From assembly GCA_036479435.1 (NCBI GenBank), contig JAZGFI010000262.1:1-51654 (forward strand): a stretch of DNA of 51,654 nucleotides. The letters are read 5' to 3'. The notes below the pieces were generated by a model. The model made no database searches. It had not been told where the DNA came from and saw nothing but the letters and a program-made list of their open reading frames with translations. The translations under genes were made by a program, and so were the position numbers. The stretch comes from Planctomycetota bacterium (GTDB lineage: Bacteria; Planctomycetota; GCA-002687715; DRQF01). How positions within the stretch are numbered: the first letter of the stretch is position 1; every line of letters starts with the position of its first letter. Positions 20,210 to 30,535 of the stretch are shown piece after piece.

Positions 20210-20947
20210 TCAGCCCACAAGGTGGACCAACAGATCGTAAAAGGCGTGGACGTAGACGGCCATCGCAAGACCTCGCGCGAAGAAGATCGCAGCCAGAATG
20301 AGGCCGGCTAGGCTGCGAAACAAGACCGCCGAGAGCGACCAGGCCTCTCCACCCGGGCCAACGTGGTGGTACGCCGCAAAAAGAAGCGATGAACCGACGA
20401 CGATGGCGACCAAGGGCCCCAAGAGCCTCAAATAGTCCCTAAGTCGTGCGCCAGTACCGAATTCGAAGACTCGCCAAGGGTCCAGGTGGAGCAAGAAGAA
20501 GCTTCCACGGATCATCAACCAGCGAAACACCAACTCCTCGTAGACCCCAGCTCCCAGGTCCAAGAAGTAGCCATCTGCCCCGCCGCGGGCCAAAAACGGT
20601 TGTTGGAGCCAAATCACTAGGGGGGAAAGTAGCCCGGCGTAAAGAGCCGCCTCAACGAAAAACGGGGGCAGATACCTAAAAAGCGGGCGGCGCCGCCGCC
20701 AGAAATGAAGAGCGGCTATCACAAAAGCCCCGAACACCGCGGTATGAAAAGCCAAGATCCCGTTGGGGCCCAAACCGCCCAGGGTCTCTTTTAACCAAGT
20801 ATCGGCCGCATTGCGGCGCAGGCTCCCGCTTAAGACCAGGCCGGCCTCGTAAACCGCGAGGAGGGCCACCACCAATATGACATTGAAAGCCGGATTGCGC
20901 GTCTGCCGGCCGTAGTCTTCCAATGACATCAAAGTCGGCTGCCTCAT
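20210..20947 (-). CDS. CPBP (Abi/CAAX) family intramembrane metalloprotease
   Basis: YEELVFR, FAAYH, HAFYD motifs; multiple hydrophobic segments. Confidence 0.88.
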   Translation of the reverse strand: MRQPTLMSLEDYGRQTRNPAFNVILVVALLAVYEAGLVLSGSLRRNAADTWLKETLGGLGPNGILAFHTAVFGAFVIAALHFWRRRRPLFRYLPPFFVEAALYAGLLSPLVIWLQQPFLARGGADGYFLDLGAGVYEELVFRWLMIRGSFFLLHLDPWRVFEFGTGARLRDYLRLLGPLVAIVVGSSLLFAAYHHVGPGGEAWSLSAVLFRSLAGLILAAIFFARGLAMAVYVHAFYDLLVHLVG

Positions 20948-21059
20948 GGAGGTCAGGTTACGCCCGGCGGCGACAGTCCCCGAAGAGCGTTATCCTTCGG
21001 TGCTCCTGGCGGGCTGTACTAATCGATTCAAGTCGCCTTTTCCCTCTCAGAGCTATCAC

Positions 21060-22094
21060 GTGGACGCCAATCCTCTCGACCCCGAACCACTCTTCGAAGA
21101 GCAGAACTCCGATATCGCATTGCGCCCACGTTCCTTCGCTGAATTTGTCGGCCAAGACCGGGTCAAGTCCAACCTCAAAGTCTATATCCGGGCGGCGCGC
21201 ATGCGCGACGATCCTTTGGACCACCTGCTCTTGTCGGGACTGCCGGGACTCGGCAAGACCACGCTCGCCGAAATCGTCGCGCGCGAAATGGATGCTTCGC
21301 TCAACTGCACTTCAGGTCCAGCGCTAGAAAAACCCGGAGACCTCGCGGGCGTCTTGACGAATCTCGAACGCGGCGACGTTCTGTTTATTGATGAGATCCA
21401 CCGTCTTCCCGCCAGCGTGGAAGAGTTCCTCTACTCGGCGATGGAAGACTTCACCATCGACATCGTTTTGGACCAAGGACCGCGAGGACGCAGCGTCCGC
21501 CTCGACATCCAACGTTTCACCTTGGTCGGGGCGACGACACGCGAGGGGATGCTGTCGCCTCCATTTCGAGATCGCTTTGGCGTCCTCGAACGCCTCGAAC
21601 CCTATCCAATCGCTGAACTCGAGCTGATCCTTGAACGCTCCGCGAAACTCCTCGGCGTCAACCTCGACCCTGACGGTTGCCGAACGTTGGCCGCCCAGGC
21701 CCGCGGAACACCGCGCGTTGCCAATCGCTTCTTACGCCGTATCCGCGACCTTGCCCAAGTCGAGTCTGCGGCGGTTATCGATCAAGAACTGGCCGGCCGG
21801 GGCCTCGCGATGTTGGGCGTCGATAAGGTCGGCCTACTTCGTGTCGACCGCATGGTGTTAGAAACCATCGCTCTCGCCGAAGGGCAGCCCGTTGGGCTGC
21901 GGACGATCGCGGTTTCCGTCGGCGAAGATGATCGCACCATCGAAGACGTCTACGAACCTCATTTGATCCGTTGCGGCTATCTGCTCAAGACGGCGCGGGG
22001 ACGCCAGTTGACCGCGCGAGGCTACGAGGTCCTCGGAGCCAAGCCTGCTTCCGCTCAGTCTCGCCAGCCCGAGTTGTTTGACGGCTTGGAATAG
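21060..22094 (+). CDS. ruvB: Holliday junction branch migration helicase RuvB
   Basis: LRPRSF, GLPGLGKTTLA, FIDEIHR, GATTR, RGTPR, YEPHL; GTG start chosen. Confidence 0.97.
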   Translation: MDANPLDPEPLFEEQNSDIALRPRSFAEFVGQDRVKSNLKVYIRAARMRDDPLDHLLLSGLPGLGKTTLAEIVAREMDASLNCTSGPALEKPGDLAGVLTNLERGDVLFIDEIHRLPASVEEFLYSAMEDFTIDIVLDQGPRGRSVRLDIQRFTLVGATTREGMLSPPFRDRFGVLERLEPYPIAELELILERSAKLLGVNLDPDGCRTLAAQARGTPRVANRFLRRIRDLAQVESAAVIDQELAGRGLAMLGVDKVGLLRVDRMVLETIALAEGQPVGLRTIAVSVGEDDRTIEDVYEPHLIRCGYLLKTARGRQLTARGYEVLGAKPASAQSRQPELFDGLE

Positions 22095-23383
22095 TGTCCA
22101 GCCACTCGAATTCACCAATGGCCGCCATCTCAAAGTCATCCGCGACGGTCAGCCCCCAACTTCGGCGCAAGGCCAATCTAGCGAAACGCGAAGTTAGCGT
22201 GACACAGCTAAGCGCGGTGGCGTTGCTCTTGCTGCTTTTCGTCTTGAGCCTGCTCGGCCGCCGAGACCTTCATGACCCCGCATTGCCCATCCTTCGAGTG
22301 TTCGAGAGCGAGGCCTTCGTGCGTGTGAGGTTGACGCGGCTCAAGGATCGATTGGAAATCTCCTCGACAGCGAAGCTCAGCATCTTGAGTCTCGATGACG
22401 AATCTCAGTCGGCGGAAAAAACGCGGGAAGGGCGAAAGGCCTACACGGTTAGCTTCGACAAAGAGACCCTAAGAGTCGGAACGCATGTTTCTTCTCGAGG
22501 GTTCGAAATCCGAGCTGCGGGTGATGCCATGTTAGAGATCAACGGAATCCACTACCCGGGCTACGTTCGTCTGTTACCCGATGCCGCACGAGGCGGAGTC
22601 GTCATCTTGCACGTTCCCTTGGAAACCTACGTCGCCTACGTCTTACCCCGGGAGATGCCGCTGGCCTATCCGACCGCGGCGCTTGAGGCGCAAGCCGTCG
22701 CGGTTAGAGGCTATGCGGTGGCCACGATGCTCGATCGCCGAAAGGCTCGGTGGGACCTCGTCGACACCGAAGCCTCACAGGTTTTTGGCGGCCACAGCAA
22801 GCTGATCCGTCGCGCCCGCAAGCACGTCGACAAGACAAAAGGTCAGATCATGGCCTTCAATAACGAGGTACTCGCAACTTACTTCAGCAGCACTTGTGGC
22901 GGTCACACCCGCGACAACGCAAGTGCGTTTGGCGCTAGGCCCATCGAGGCTCTGCGCGGAGTTCGCTGCGGCTTTTGCGATTGGTCTCGCGACTCAAGAT
23001 GGCGGAGAAAAATCGACCGCAACGCGCTCAGGAGAAAACTCGGTTTTCGACAGATCACCTCGGTCTCGCTGGTTGAGTCCTCGCGTGGCAAGCGCTTTCC
23101 AAACATCCTCATCGAGGGTACCTCGGATCGCGAAAGAGCAAACTGGAGTGCGAAAGACTTCAGGCGTCATCTCGGCCGGGGACAGATCCGATCGTCCTGG
23201 ATAACCGACGTTGCGCTTGCCAGCACGAAAGTTGAGATTCAGGGCCGCGGTTTTGGGCACGGCGTTGGTCTGTGTCAAAATGGCGCGCGCGGCATGGCCG
23301 AAGCGGGACTTGACGGGTCCGAGATCCTGACGCGCTACTATCCCGGCGCGAGCTTGGCCCGGCTTGCGCCAAAGGATCACTGA
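22094..23383 (+). CDS. SpoIID/LytB domain protein (lytic transglycosylase-like)
   Basis: VLPREM, ALEAQAVAVR, FSSTCGGHT, GFGHGVGLCQNGA, ILTRYYPG; true start may be downstream (e.g. GTG 22199). Confidence 0.9.
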   Translation: MSSHSNSPMAAISKSSATVSPQLRRKANLAKREVSVTQLSAVALLLLLFVLSLLGRRDLHDPALPILRVFESEAFVRVRLTRLKDRLEISSTAKLSILSLDDESQSAEKTREGRKAYTVSFDKETLRVGTHVSSRGFEIRAAGDAMLEINGIHYPGYVRLLPDAARGGVVILHVPLETYVAYVLPREMPLAYPTAALEAQAVAVRGYAVATMLDRRKARWDLVDTEASQVFGGHSKLIRRARKHVDKTKGQIMAFNNEVLATYFSSTCGGHTRDNASAFGARPIEALRGVRCGFCDWSRDSRWRRKIDRNALRRKLGFRQITSVSLVESSRGKRFPNILIEGTSDRERANWSAKDFRRHLGRGQIRSSWITDVALASTKVEIQGRGFGHGVGLCQNGARGMAEAGLDGSEILTRYYPGASLARLAPKDH

Positions 23384-23440
23384 GATGCTGCCCTTTCTCC
23401 CCGCCGCCACGCCCGTGAATTCATCGAACAGGACACCAGT

Positions 23441-24583
23441 ATGACGGCTGAATCCACAGCCTTCTCTTTTGATATCAGTCACCGCGAATCCGGGACTCCC
23501 GCTCGAAGAGGCAAAGTCCGCACCGCTCACGGTAGTTTTCAGACGCCAGCCTTCATGCCGGTCGGAACCCAAGGAGCCGTCAAGGGTCTACAGGTCGATG
23601 AAGTACTGGCCACCGGCGCCGAGATTATTCTCGCCAACACCTATCACTTGCACCTGCGGCCGGGCGAGAAACTGATCGAAAGCCAAGGCGGCCTGCATGA
23701 GTTCATGACTTGGAAGGGACCGATTCTGACCGATAGCGGTGGCTATCAGGTGTTTTCTTTGAGCGATCTAAGAACGATTGACGAAGAAGGCGTGTCTTTT
23801 AAGAGCCATCTCGACGGCGCTCCTTGCAGGCTAAGCCCGCAAATCGCCATGGAGATTCAGATCGCCCTCGGCTCCGATATCATCATGAGTTTCGACGAGT
23901 GCCTCCCCTTTCCTTGCGACTATGACTACGCCGCGGAATCGGTTGATCGAACCACCCGTTGGGAACAGCGAACCTTGGATTTTCATCCGCGCGACGGCCG
24001 CGCCCTTTTTGGAATCGTGCAGGGCGGGGTCTTTCCCGAGCTCCGAGCGCGCTCTGCCAAAGATTTGCTTTGCCTGCCCTTCGACGGCCTTGCCATGGGT
24101 GGTCTGTTCGTCGGCGAGCCGCGGAGTGAAACCATGGACATGCTTCAGCTCGTGGCCGAGCTGATTCCAAAGCACCTACCGCGCTACGTCATGGGGGTTG
24201 GGACGCCGGTGGAAGTTCTAGATTGCATCCTGCGCGGCTGGGATATGTTTGATTGCGTCCTGCCCACCCGAAATGCACGACACGGCTACGCCCTTACTTT
24301 CGCGGGCACCGTCAAGCTCAAGAACCGCCGTTTTCGAGAGGACTCCGGGCCCCTTGAGGCCGACTGTGACTGCATGGCCTGCAGCCGTTACTCGCGTTCT
24401 TATTTGCGCCACTTGTTCATGTCGAAAGAGCAATTGGCCGGCACCCTGTTATCTCATCATAATCTGCGCTTCATGCAGCGCGTGATGGCCGGGGCAAGAG
24501 ATGCGATCGCGCACCATCGATTGCCGTCTTTTAGGGACGAATTTGCCCGCAGCTACGAAGGTGCGGTACCGGACGATTTTTGA
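23441..24583 (+). CDS. tgt: tRNA-guanine transglycosylase
   Basis: TPAFMPVGT, TDSGGYQVFSL, DEC, FGIVQGG, FDCVLPTR, CDCxxC...H zinc site. Confidence 0.97.
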   Translation: MTAESTAFSFDISHRESGTPARRGKVRTAHGSFQTPAFMPVGTQGAVKGLQVDEVLATGAEIILANTYHLHLRPGEKLIESQGGLHEFMTWKGPILTDSGGYQVFSLSDLRTIDEEGVSFKSHLDGAPCRLSPQIAMEIQIALGSDIIMSFDECLPFPCDYDYAAESVDRTTRWEQRTLDFHPRDGRALFGIVQGGVFPELRARSAKDLLCLPFDGLAMGGLFVGEPRSETMDMLQLVAELIPKHLPRYVMGVGTPVEVLDCILRGWDMFDCVLPTRNARHGYALTFAGTVKLKNRRFREDSGPLEADCDCMACSRYSRSYLRHLFMSKEQLAGTLLSHHNLRFMQRVMAGARDAIAHHRLPSFRDEFARSYEGAVPDDF

Positions 24584-26271
24584 TCCCGGCGAGCCATGGC
24601 CAAGACCGCCTCGACGATCATCCAGGTGCCCAAGATGGCAATTCCAATCGCGGAGATGAGGAGCGGCCAAGCAATGGCCTTGCCTTCGACGTCTTGAAAA
24701 GTCCAAGAGTTCGAGAAGTTCTTAAGATTGCTCACCATGGCGATCGCGGTGGTGATGAGCATGAAGGCCATGGGCAAGCCGGTGTACCAGGGGTTTCGGC
24801 CGCGCTGCCGTAACCAAAGCGTGACCGTCAACAAGGTCAGCCCGGCCAAGAGTTGATTCACCGTGCCAAAAATTGCCCACAGAGCCATGCCCGCGGGCTT
24901 CCCATCGATCTGGTAGAAGGCAAAGCCAGCGATCGCAGCCACCGCTACGAGACTCGAGAAATAACGGTTGCCCGTCAGTCGCGACCAACCCAAAGACGCC
25001 CCGACTTCTTCGACGTTGTAGCGCAGCAATCGAGTCGCCGAGTCTAAAGTTGTCAGTGCAAAGGAAACGACAATCACCGCCACCAAGGAAACCGCTAGAC
25101 TCATTGGCACCCCGAGTTCGGCCATGAATCCCGCAGCACCATCGATAAACCGCCCCATCTTGGCTCCCAACCCGGAAGCGGCGTGCCAATCGGCGTAATG
25201 TCGCGACCACGCGGTACGCGCGTCTTCTCCTTTGGATGCAGCGACACCCGCCGTCGTTGCCAAGACCGCCAGTAGCCCTAAGAGTGATTCACCCAACATG
25301 CCGCCATAGCCAACAAACCGCGCGTCACTTTCGCGATTGAGCTGTTTGGCGGTCGTCCCCGACGACACGAGAGCGTGAAAACCGGAGGCGGCACCGCAGG
25401 CAATCGTGATGAAGACAAAGGGATAAAGAGGCGGCGCCCCCGGTGGCTCCGGCTCGAAAGCCGGGGCCGCGAACTCGGGAGCTTTTGCGAAGAACCCGAT
25501 GTAGCAAAGGACCAAGCCGAGGTAGAGCAAAAGCGAATTCAGAAAATCGCGGGGTTGCAGTAAAGACCACACCGGCAAGACCGATGCCGCCAAGGCGTAG
25601 ATCAACAACAACACCATCCAACCCTTGGAATCACTCCACTCGATGGGGAACTCCGATCCCAAGCAAACCAAGGTGAGCTGCAAAGCGAAGCCGACGATTG
25701 TCAGGCGCCCCCAGGGAATCCCTCTTTTGTGGGCCAACCACCCTATCGCCGCGGCCACTAGCATGAGCCCGCCACTGGGAATCACCGCCGTTCCGTAGTT
25801 CCCTGCAAACAAGCGCGCGATGACGAGGGTGAAGACCCCCATCGCCAAGGCAACTCCAAAAAATATCAGCGCCAAAAACAGTCCCTTTGCCCGTGCTCCG
25901 ATGACGCCTTCGCAGACTTTCCCGATGGAACTACCGTTGGCCCGAATGGACAACACGAGGGCCGAAAAATCGTGCACGCAGCCGATGAACACGGCACCCA
26001 GCACGACCCAAATCATGGCCGGAAGCCAGCCCCAAATAACCGCGATGGCTGGGCCCAACATGGGTGACAATCCGGTTATCGATGCGAAATGGTGGCCGAA
26101 CAGCACATAGCGAGATGTAGGGAGATAGTCGACATCATTGCGAAACCGGTGAGCGGGAGTCTCGCGACGGTCATCGAGACGAAACAGGCGGCGTGATAGA
26201 CGCGCGGAGTAAAATCGATAGCCAATGAAGTAGACCAACATGCACGCCAAAGCTGGCCAGATCGCGGACAT
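24553..26271 (-). CDS. cstA: Carbon starvation CstA family transporter
   Basis: FGHHFASI, VHDF, LLQPRD, ITIACGAASGFH, FALTTLD, FGTVNQLLA. Confidence 0.92.
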   Translation of the reverse strand: MSAIWPALACMLVYFIGYRFYSARLSRRLFRLDDRRETPAHRFRNDVDYLPTSRYVLFGHHFASITGLSPMLGPAIAVIWGWLPAMIWVVLGAVFIGCVHDFSALVLSIRANGSSIGKVCEGVIGARAKGLFLALIFFGVALAMGVFTLVIARLFAGNYGTAVIPSGGLMLVAAAIGWLAHKRGIPWGRLTIVGFALQLTLVCLGSEFPIEWSDSKGWMVLLLIYALAASVLPVWSLLQPRDFLNSLLLYLGLVLCYIGFFAKAPEFAAPAFEPEPPGAPPLYPFVFITIACGAASGFHALVSSGTTAKQLNRESDARFVGYGGMLGESLLGLLAVLATTAGVAASKGEDARTAWSRHYADWHAASGLGAKMGRFIDGAAGFMAELGVPMSLAVSLVAVIVVSFALTTLDSATRLLRYNVEEVGASLGWSRLTGNRYFSSLVAVAAIAGFAFYQIDGKPAGMALWAIFGTVNQLLAGLTLLTVTLWLRQRGRNPWYTGLPMAFMLITTAIAMVSNLKNFSNSWTFQDVEGKAIAWPLLISAIGIAILGTWMIVEAVLAMARRDQKSSGTAPS

Positions 26272-26344
26272 CGAAGAGATTCTCCTCGGCCTGAGACGCC
26301 GACCTAAATGAGGCTATTCAGTTCAGCTCGTACCGAATGCGATC

Positions 26345-27463
26345 TTAGCGGCGGCCTTCGTCTTCATCCTCGTTGTCGTCATCCTCGCGCTCAGTGCGCA
26401 AGTCGAGTTCCAAGCCATCCTTCGCTTCCTCTAAGAAGTCAAAGATGAGACCCGGAAACTCCTTCTTCATGATGTCCAAAATCGTGCCTCGTGCGAGTCC
26501 CTTTTCGACGAGGCCAAAAAGGCGCTTCAGCTCCTCAGGTCTAAACTGAGGCCGGTGCAGCCGCTTCAGATCGGGGAATTCAAACTCGCGAACGCTCTCC
26601 ATCATGCCTCGCGCTTTGGCGAAGGTATCGCCCATGCGGCGCAGAGAATCGCGGACCCGGCGAATCTTTCCCAAGGCCGCTGTCGCACGAACGTCCAGTT
26701 TGCTCTTTTGAAGCTGCTCGAGAGCCTGGCTCAAGTCCCGCGCCATCTCCTCGACGCGAGCCGCGTCCGAAAGCATGCGCCCACTAGATTGTTGAAGGTC
26801 GGCCAGCATCTTTGCCCAGCGAGGCTGGGACCCTGGCCCGCGCTGTCCAAGACCCGGCGATAGGGCAGGTTTGGGGGCGCCGCCTTGAAACACGGTGAGC
26901 AAGTCTAGGGGTTTCGCATCGCGCATGACCCGCAGAGGGACACGGCTGCCCGGTTCTAAAGCTCTAAGAGCTTTCAGGAGCGCATCGAAAGTGGGTTCCT
27001 CAAGACGACCAAAACTGAGCATGAAATCGCCGCGAAGAACGCCCGCCCGCCTTGCCACGCTGGCTTTCCGGACACTGGCAATCGCTAGTCCTTCGAAGAC
27101 AACCAGTCCCAATGAACGGGGGCCTGATCCAAACGTAACCTCAAGAGTGCGCGTCTTTTCGCCGCGCCGAACTTGGATGCGCTGCTTGGCATCGGCTTTC
27201 GCGCCCTTGATCATGCGGCGAATAGTGGCGAAACCCCTTAATTCTTCTTTGTTCCAAGAGAGCAGAACGTCGCCGGGCAAAAATTTCGCCTTAGCCCCTA
27301 AAGACCGCATATCAACTTCCGCCACATACAGCCGACCACTGTCAATCGAGATCCCCAATCGTGGACGTTCGGCGGGCACATCGACCTTGGAAGGTTTGGC
27401 CTGGGCGGCGAGAGGCAGCAGCAAACTCAAAAAGATGACACTGGTGAAAGTGAAGGTGCGCAT
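26345..27463 (-). CDS. Secreted tandem-PDZ protein with helical C-terminus
   Basis: Signal peptide; RPRLGI...PGDVLL and LGL...AGVLRGDFML PDZ-like units. Confidence 0.7.
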   Translation of the reverse strand: MRTFTFTSVIFLSLLLPLAAQAKPSKVDVPAERPRLGISIDSGRLYVAEVDMRSLGAKAKFLPGDVLLSWNKEELRGFATIRRMIKGAKADAKQRIQVRRGEKTRTLEVTFGSGPRSLGLVVFEGLAIASVRKASVARRAGVLRGDFMLSFGRLEEPTFDALLKALRALEPGSRVPLRVMRDAKPLDLLTVFQGGAPKPALSPGLGQRGPGSQPRWAKMLADLQQSSGRMLSDAARVEEMARDLSQALEQLQKSKLDVRATAALGKIRRVRDSLRRMGDTFAKARGMMESVREFEFPDLKRLHRPQFRPEELKRLFGLVEKGLARGTILDIMKKEFPGLIFDFLEEAKDGLELDLRTEREDDDNEDEDEGRR

Positions 27464-27652
27464 GGGGCTCTCCGGAAGGAGGGCGGGCATAAAAGGCCAC
27501 GCCCGGCCCCATTGTTACGAGAATGAAGCCAAAACCCTCCCCTTAGCCCACTAAATCACAAATCAAAGCCACTCAGCCCCTCCCCCCACTTCCAGCAAAC
27601 CCTCAACAATAGCGTCAGACCAAAAACGCCACCCAATCGATTTGGCAGGCCC

Positions 27653-27693
27653 AAAAAAAACGACTCCAAGGCCCGGTGGCTCAAGAGTCGTTT
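27653..27693 (-). terminator. Intrinsic terminator
   Basis: Minus strand AAACGACTC...GAGTCGTTTTTTTT. Confidence 0.7.
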
Positions 27694-27780
27694 CGATGTC
27701 CTTGCCGCGATACCCCCTAGGGGGGGTAACTCTGCGAAGCCCTCAGGCTTCATTCGACTAAATATTGTCAGCGGCGCGAG

Positions 27781-29013
27781 CTAGTTGATGATCTCAATAC
27801 GCTCCACGAAGACTTTCGGCCAAGCCGAACCGTTCCGATCGTCAATCATCTCCCACTTCGTGATGGCGATTTCTTTGCTGTGGTACTCGGCCAGATCATA
27901 GCGGTCGGAAACCAAACGATAGCGTCGTTCGCCAGCCTTGGTGAGCATGAATACCGGCTTTCCACTGAGCGACTCGGCGTAGTCTTTGTAGATGCGGCCA
28001 ATGCCGTGTTCCAAAAAACGACCGCTGGGTTTTTTTGCGCTGCGACCAGAAGAGCTAATGCGTGTCCGCGTTTCAGTGCGGATCTCGGTGAGTTCTTTTT
28101 CGTAGCGTTTCTCGCCTGTTGCCAGCTCGGATTCAAGGCGGTTGATGCGTTGCTCAGCCGAACCGAGACTGCGTGCGAAGTTCTCGCGCTCGCGAACGAA
28201 GGCAGCCTGCCGCTCGGCGCTTTGAGCGAGGGATGAGTTGGGTCCGGCTTTTCTCGCTAGCGTTTGGTAGCGACCGCGAAGAGCGGCGAAGGTGGAAGCG
28301 CTAGCACTACTGCGGAGAGTCTTTTCGAGTTCCGCGTCTAGGCTCTGTAGCTCGGTCTCAAACCGTTTGTTCTCTTGTCGTTCATCAAGAGCACGACGGG
28401 ATTGGCGGCCACTCGCGAGTAGCTGCGTTTCGCGACTCAAGCTTCGATCGGCAAAAGTTTGAGCCAACCGTAGTTGGTCCCCACCTTTTGTCAACAAGGC
28501 GCTGGGAACAAACAAGGTCTGCTGACGCGGCGCCAGCACTTTCAGCCATCCACCTGGCTCTTCCGCGAGCACGATCAAGCGTTGATTGGCGCTGAGCTGG
28601 CCAAGGGTCTTTGAGTTCACTTGCGGCGCCGGGCGAAGTTGTAAATCACGCACGATGACGAGGCCTTCGCCGGGACGCTTGATTTGCACGAAAGTCTTGC
28701 CGTCTGCACTTTTTCGGCAGTAGGCAGCGAAGCCGCCGGAAACTCGAATCTCGGCCCAGGAGCCCTTCGTCGCCACGACTTCGACGACGTCGCCCTCGGC
28801 GAGGCGATGGATTTCCGCATCGAAGTCGTTACGCCCGGCACGAGCGGGCGTGCTGGCAGATTTAACCCGCGCGTAGCGTGCACTCGCTTTTTCTTGCGCT
28901 TGGACCCCCGTTGGAATCGCAAAAGCGAAAGTTAACAGAGCTATAACGGCCAAGTTCCAAGCATTGAAACAGGCGGGCCTCGTTCGCCCGGTCTCCACGA
29001 GCCCTTGTCGCAT
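27781..29013 (-). CDS. Secreted protein with tandem bacterial SH3-like domains and coiled coil
   Basis: GGAGGA RBS; 'LAEGDVVEVVATKGSWAEI' and 'LQLRPAP...GGWLKV' SH3b patterns. Confidence 0.75.
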   Translation of the reverse strand: MRQGLVETGRTRPACFNAWNLAVIALLTFAFAIPTGVQAQEKASARYARVKSASTPARAGRNDFDAEIHRLAEGDVVEVVATKGSWAEIRVSGGFAAYCRKSADGKTFVQIKRPGEGLVIVRDLQLRPAPQVNSKTLGQLSANQRLIVLAEEPGGWLKVLAPRQQTLFVPSALLTKGGDQLRLAQTFADRSLSRETQLLASGRQSRRALDERQENKRFETELQSLDAELEKTLRSSASASTFAALRGRYQTLARKAGPNSSLAQSAERQAAFVRERENFARSLGSAEQRINRLESELATGEKRYEKELTEIRTETRTRISSSGRSAKKPSGRFLEHGIGRIYKDYAESLSGKPVFMLTKAGERRYRLVSDRYDLAEYHSKEIAITKWEMIDDRNGSAWPKVFVERIEIIN

Positions 29014-29286
29014 CTCTCGATCCTCCCCGATCGTTGTTTTTTTCGTTTTCAAGGGTTCGGCATCTCAGCCTCATTGAAGAGGGACGAGAGAGCCCGGCCA
29101 AATTCGAAGACCTCGATCGACCTTCCCATTCAGCCCCTTGCTTCGGCATTCTACGGCGCGGTCGGGGACGCCGCGAGTGACGGTGGCAAACCCCGGCCAG
29201 AATTGCTCAAAGAAGTTTGTCAATTCACGCTGCCCTCCGTCGCCGAAACAAGCTAAACTCCTGCCTTGCGCACCCTTGGGGAGGGG

Positions 29287-29679
29287 ATGATGCGATTTGA
29301 CGCGAAACTGACGGGCCTAGTGTCATGCCTTGTTTTTGGAGGCATGCTTGCCTTCACCATGGGCTGGATTGGACCTTTGCACGCAAAGTCTGCCTATCGT
29401 CGTGGGGTCCAACTCATGACCCAGGGCCGAACTGAGGCGGCGGCAAAGGAACTCGACCGGGCCTTGGACCTCGAACCCAATTCACTAAGTATCCGCTTGG
29501 CGCATGCCCGAGTCTCTGAATCGGCCCAAAGGTGGGAAGATGCGCGGCTCGACTACCATTGGGTCCTCGCGAGGTATCCCCAGTCCGAACCCGCAAAAAA
29601 GGGACTAGAGCGCATTCGAGACGTCCTAGCCCTCGCGGCCGCATCGACGGCTAACGATCAATCCACCGCATCTCGCTGA
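29287..29679 (+). CDS. Membrane-anchored TPR protein
   Basis: GGAGG RBS; hydrophobic N-terminus; AYRRG...ALDLEPNS TPR pattern. Confidence 0.75.
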   Translation: MMRFDAKLTGLVSCLVFGGMLAFTMGWIGPLHAKSAYRRGVQLMTQGRTEAAAKELDRALDLEPNSLSIRLAHARVSESAQRWEDARLDYHWVLARYPQSEPAKKGLERIRDVLALAAASTANDQSTASR

Positions 29680-29689
29680 GGCCTGAATC

Positions 29690-30535
29690 CTGGCTATTCT
29701 GCTCGCCCTCGTAAGCTCATTTTTCTGGGCGGGGCTCGACCTCGCACGAAAAAAACTCGCTCGCGACCTCAGCCCTTTAGCAATCGTCGCTTGGCTCACG
29801 ACTTTGCAGGCCTTGATCTTCGCGCCGCTCCTCTACTGGGCCGAGGCGCCCAAGCCTTCCTACTGGCTACCCGCTACCGCCGTCCTCGCAGCGAACCTCG
29901 TGGCAAACTGGCTCTTCGTCAAGGCCCTCGCCTTGGGCCATTTCAGCCGAACCGTGCCCTTGTTGTCGCTGACTCCGGCCTTCGCTGCGTTCTTCGGATT
30001 CTTGTTGCTGGGGGAAAAGATGAGCCCCCTTCAAGGGTTCGGCATCGCACTGGTATCGGCCGGCGCTTTTGTTTTGGGTCGCGATGGCAAAAGAGGGAGA
30101 GCCGACAAAGTCGAGTTTCGCGCTTTTTTGCTCATGCTCGGGGTCGCCTTTCTCTGGGGGCTGAACGCACCCTTTGACAAGCAGGCGGTCAATGCCTCAG
30201 GCCTCATCTTCCACGTCTTCTTCCAAGGCTTCGGCCTATCACTCGCCTTTCTCGGCATCTTGTTCGCGACCAAGCGCATCCATGAAATTGCCAAGGGACG
30301 CTTGTTTTTGGGCTTCTTGTTGCTCGCCACTTTCGCGGGCATCGGGGCCCTTGGCTTTCAGCTCGCCGCCTACCAACGCATGGACGTAGCCTTGGTCGAA
30401 ACCATCAAGCGCGTCACGGGCCTCATCCTCGCGCTCAGCTTGGGAAAACTGTTGTTCGCCGAGGAATTGACGCGCTGGAAAGTCGCCGCCGCGCTGCTAA
30501 TGGCGGCGGGCTTACCGCTCGTCCTGTTTAATTGA
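29690..30535 (+). CDS. EamA/DMT family transporter, probable CTG start
   Basis: Two EamA repeats; frame extends 38 codons upstream of 29804 to CTG 29690, adding the first TM helix AILLALVSSFFWAG. Confidence 0.8.
   Translation: MAILLALVSSFFWAGLDLARKKLARDLSPLAIVAWLTTLQALIFAPLLYWAEAPKPSYWLPATAVLAANLVANWLFVKALALGHFSRTVPLLSLTPAFAAFFGFLLLGEKMSPLQGFGIALVSAGAFVLGRDGKRGRADKVEFRAFLLMLGVAFLWGLNAPFDKQAVNASGLIFHVFFQGFGLSLAFLGILFATKRIHEIAKGRLFLGFLLLATFAGIGALGFQLAAYQRMDVALVETIKRVTGLILALSLGKLLFAEELTRWKVAAALLMAAGLPLVLFN

Noticed and set aside
27520..27612. G-rich minus-strand tract with scattered GTGG words (MraZ-box or G-quadruplex idea)
   Set aside because: No regular 10-nt periodicity and no dcw genes nearby.
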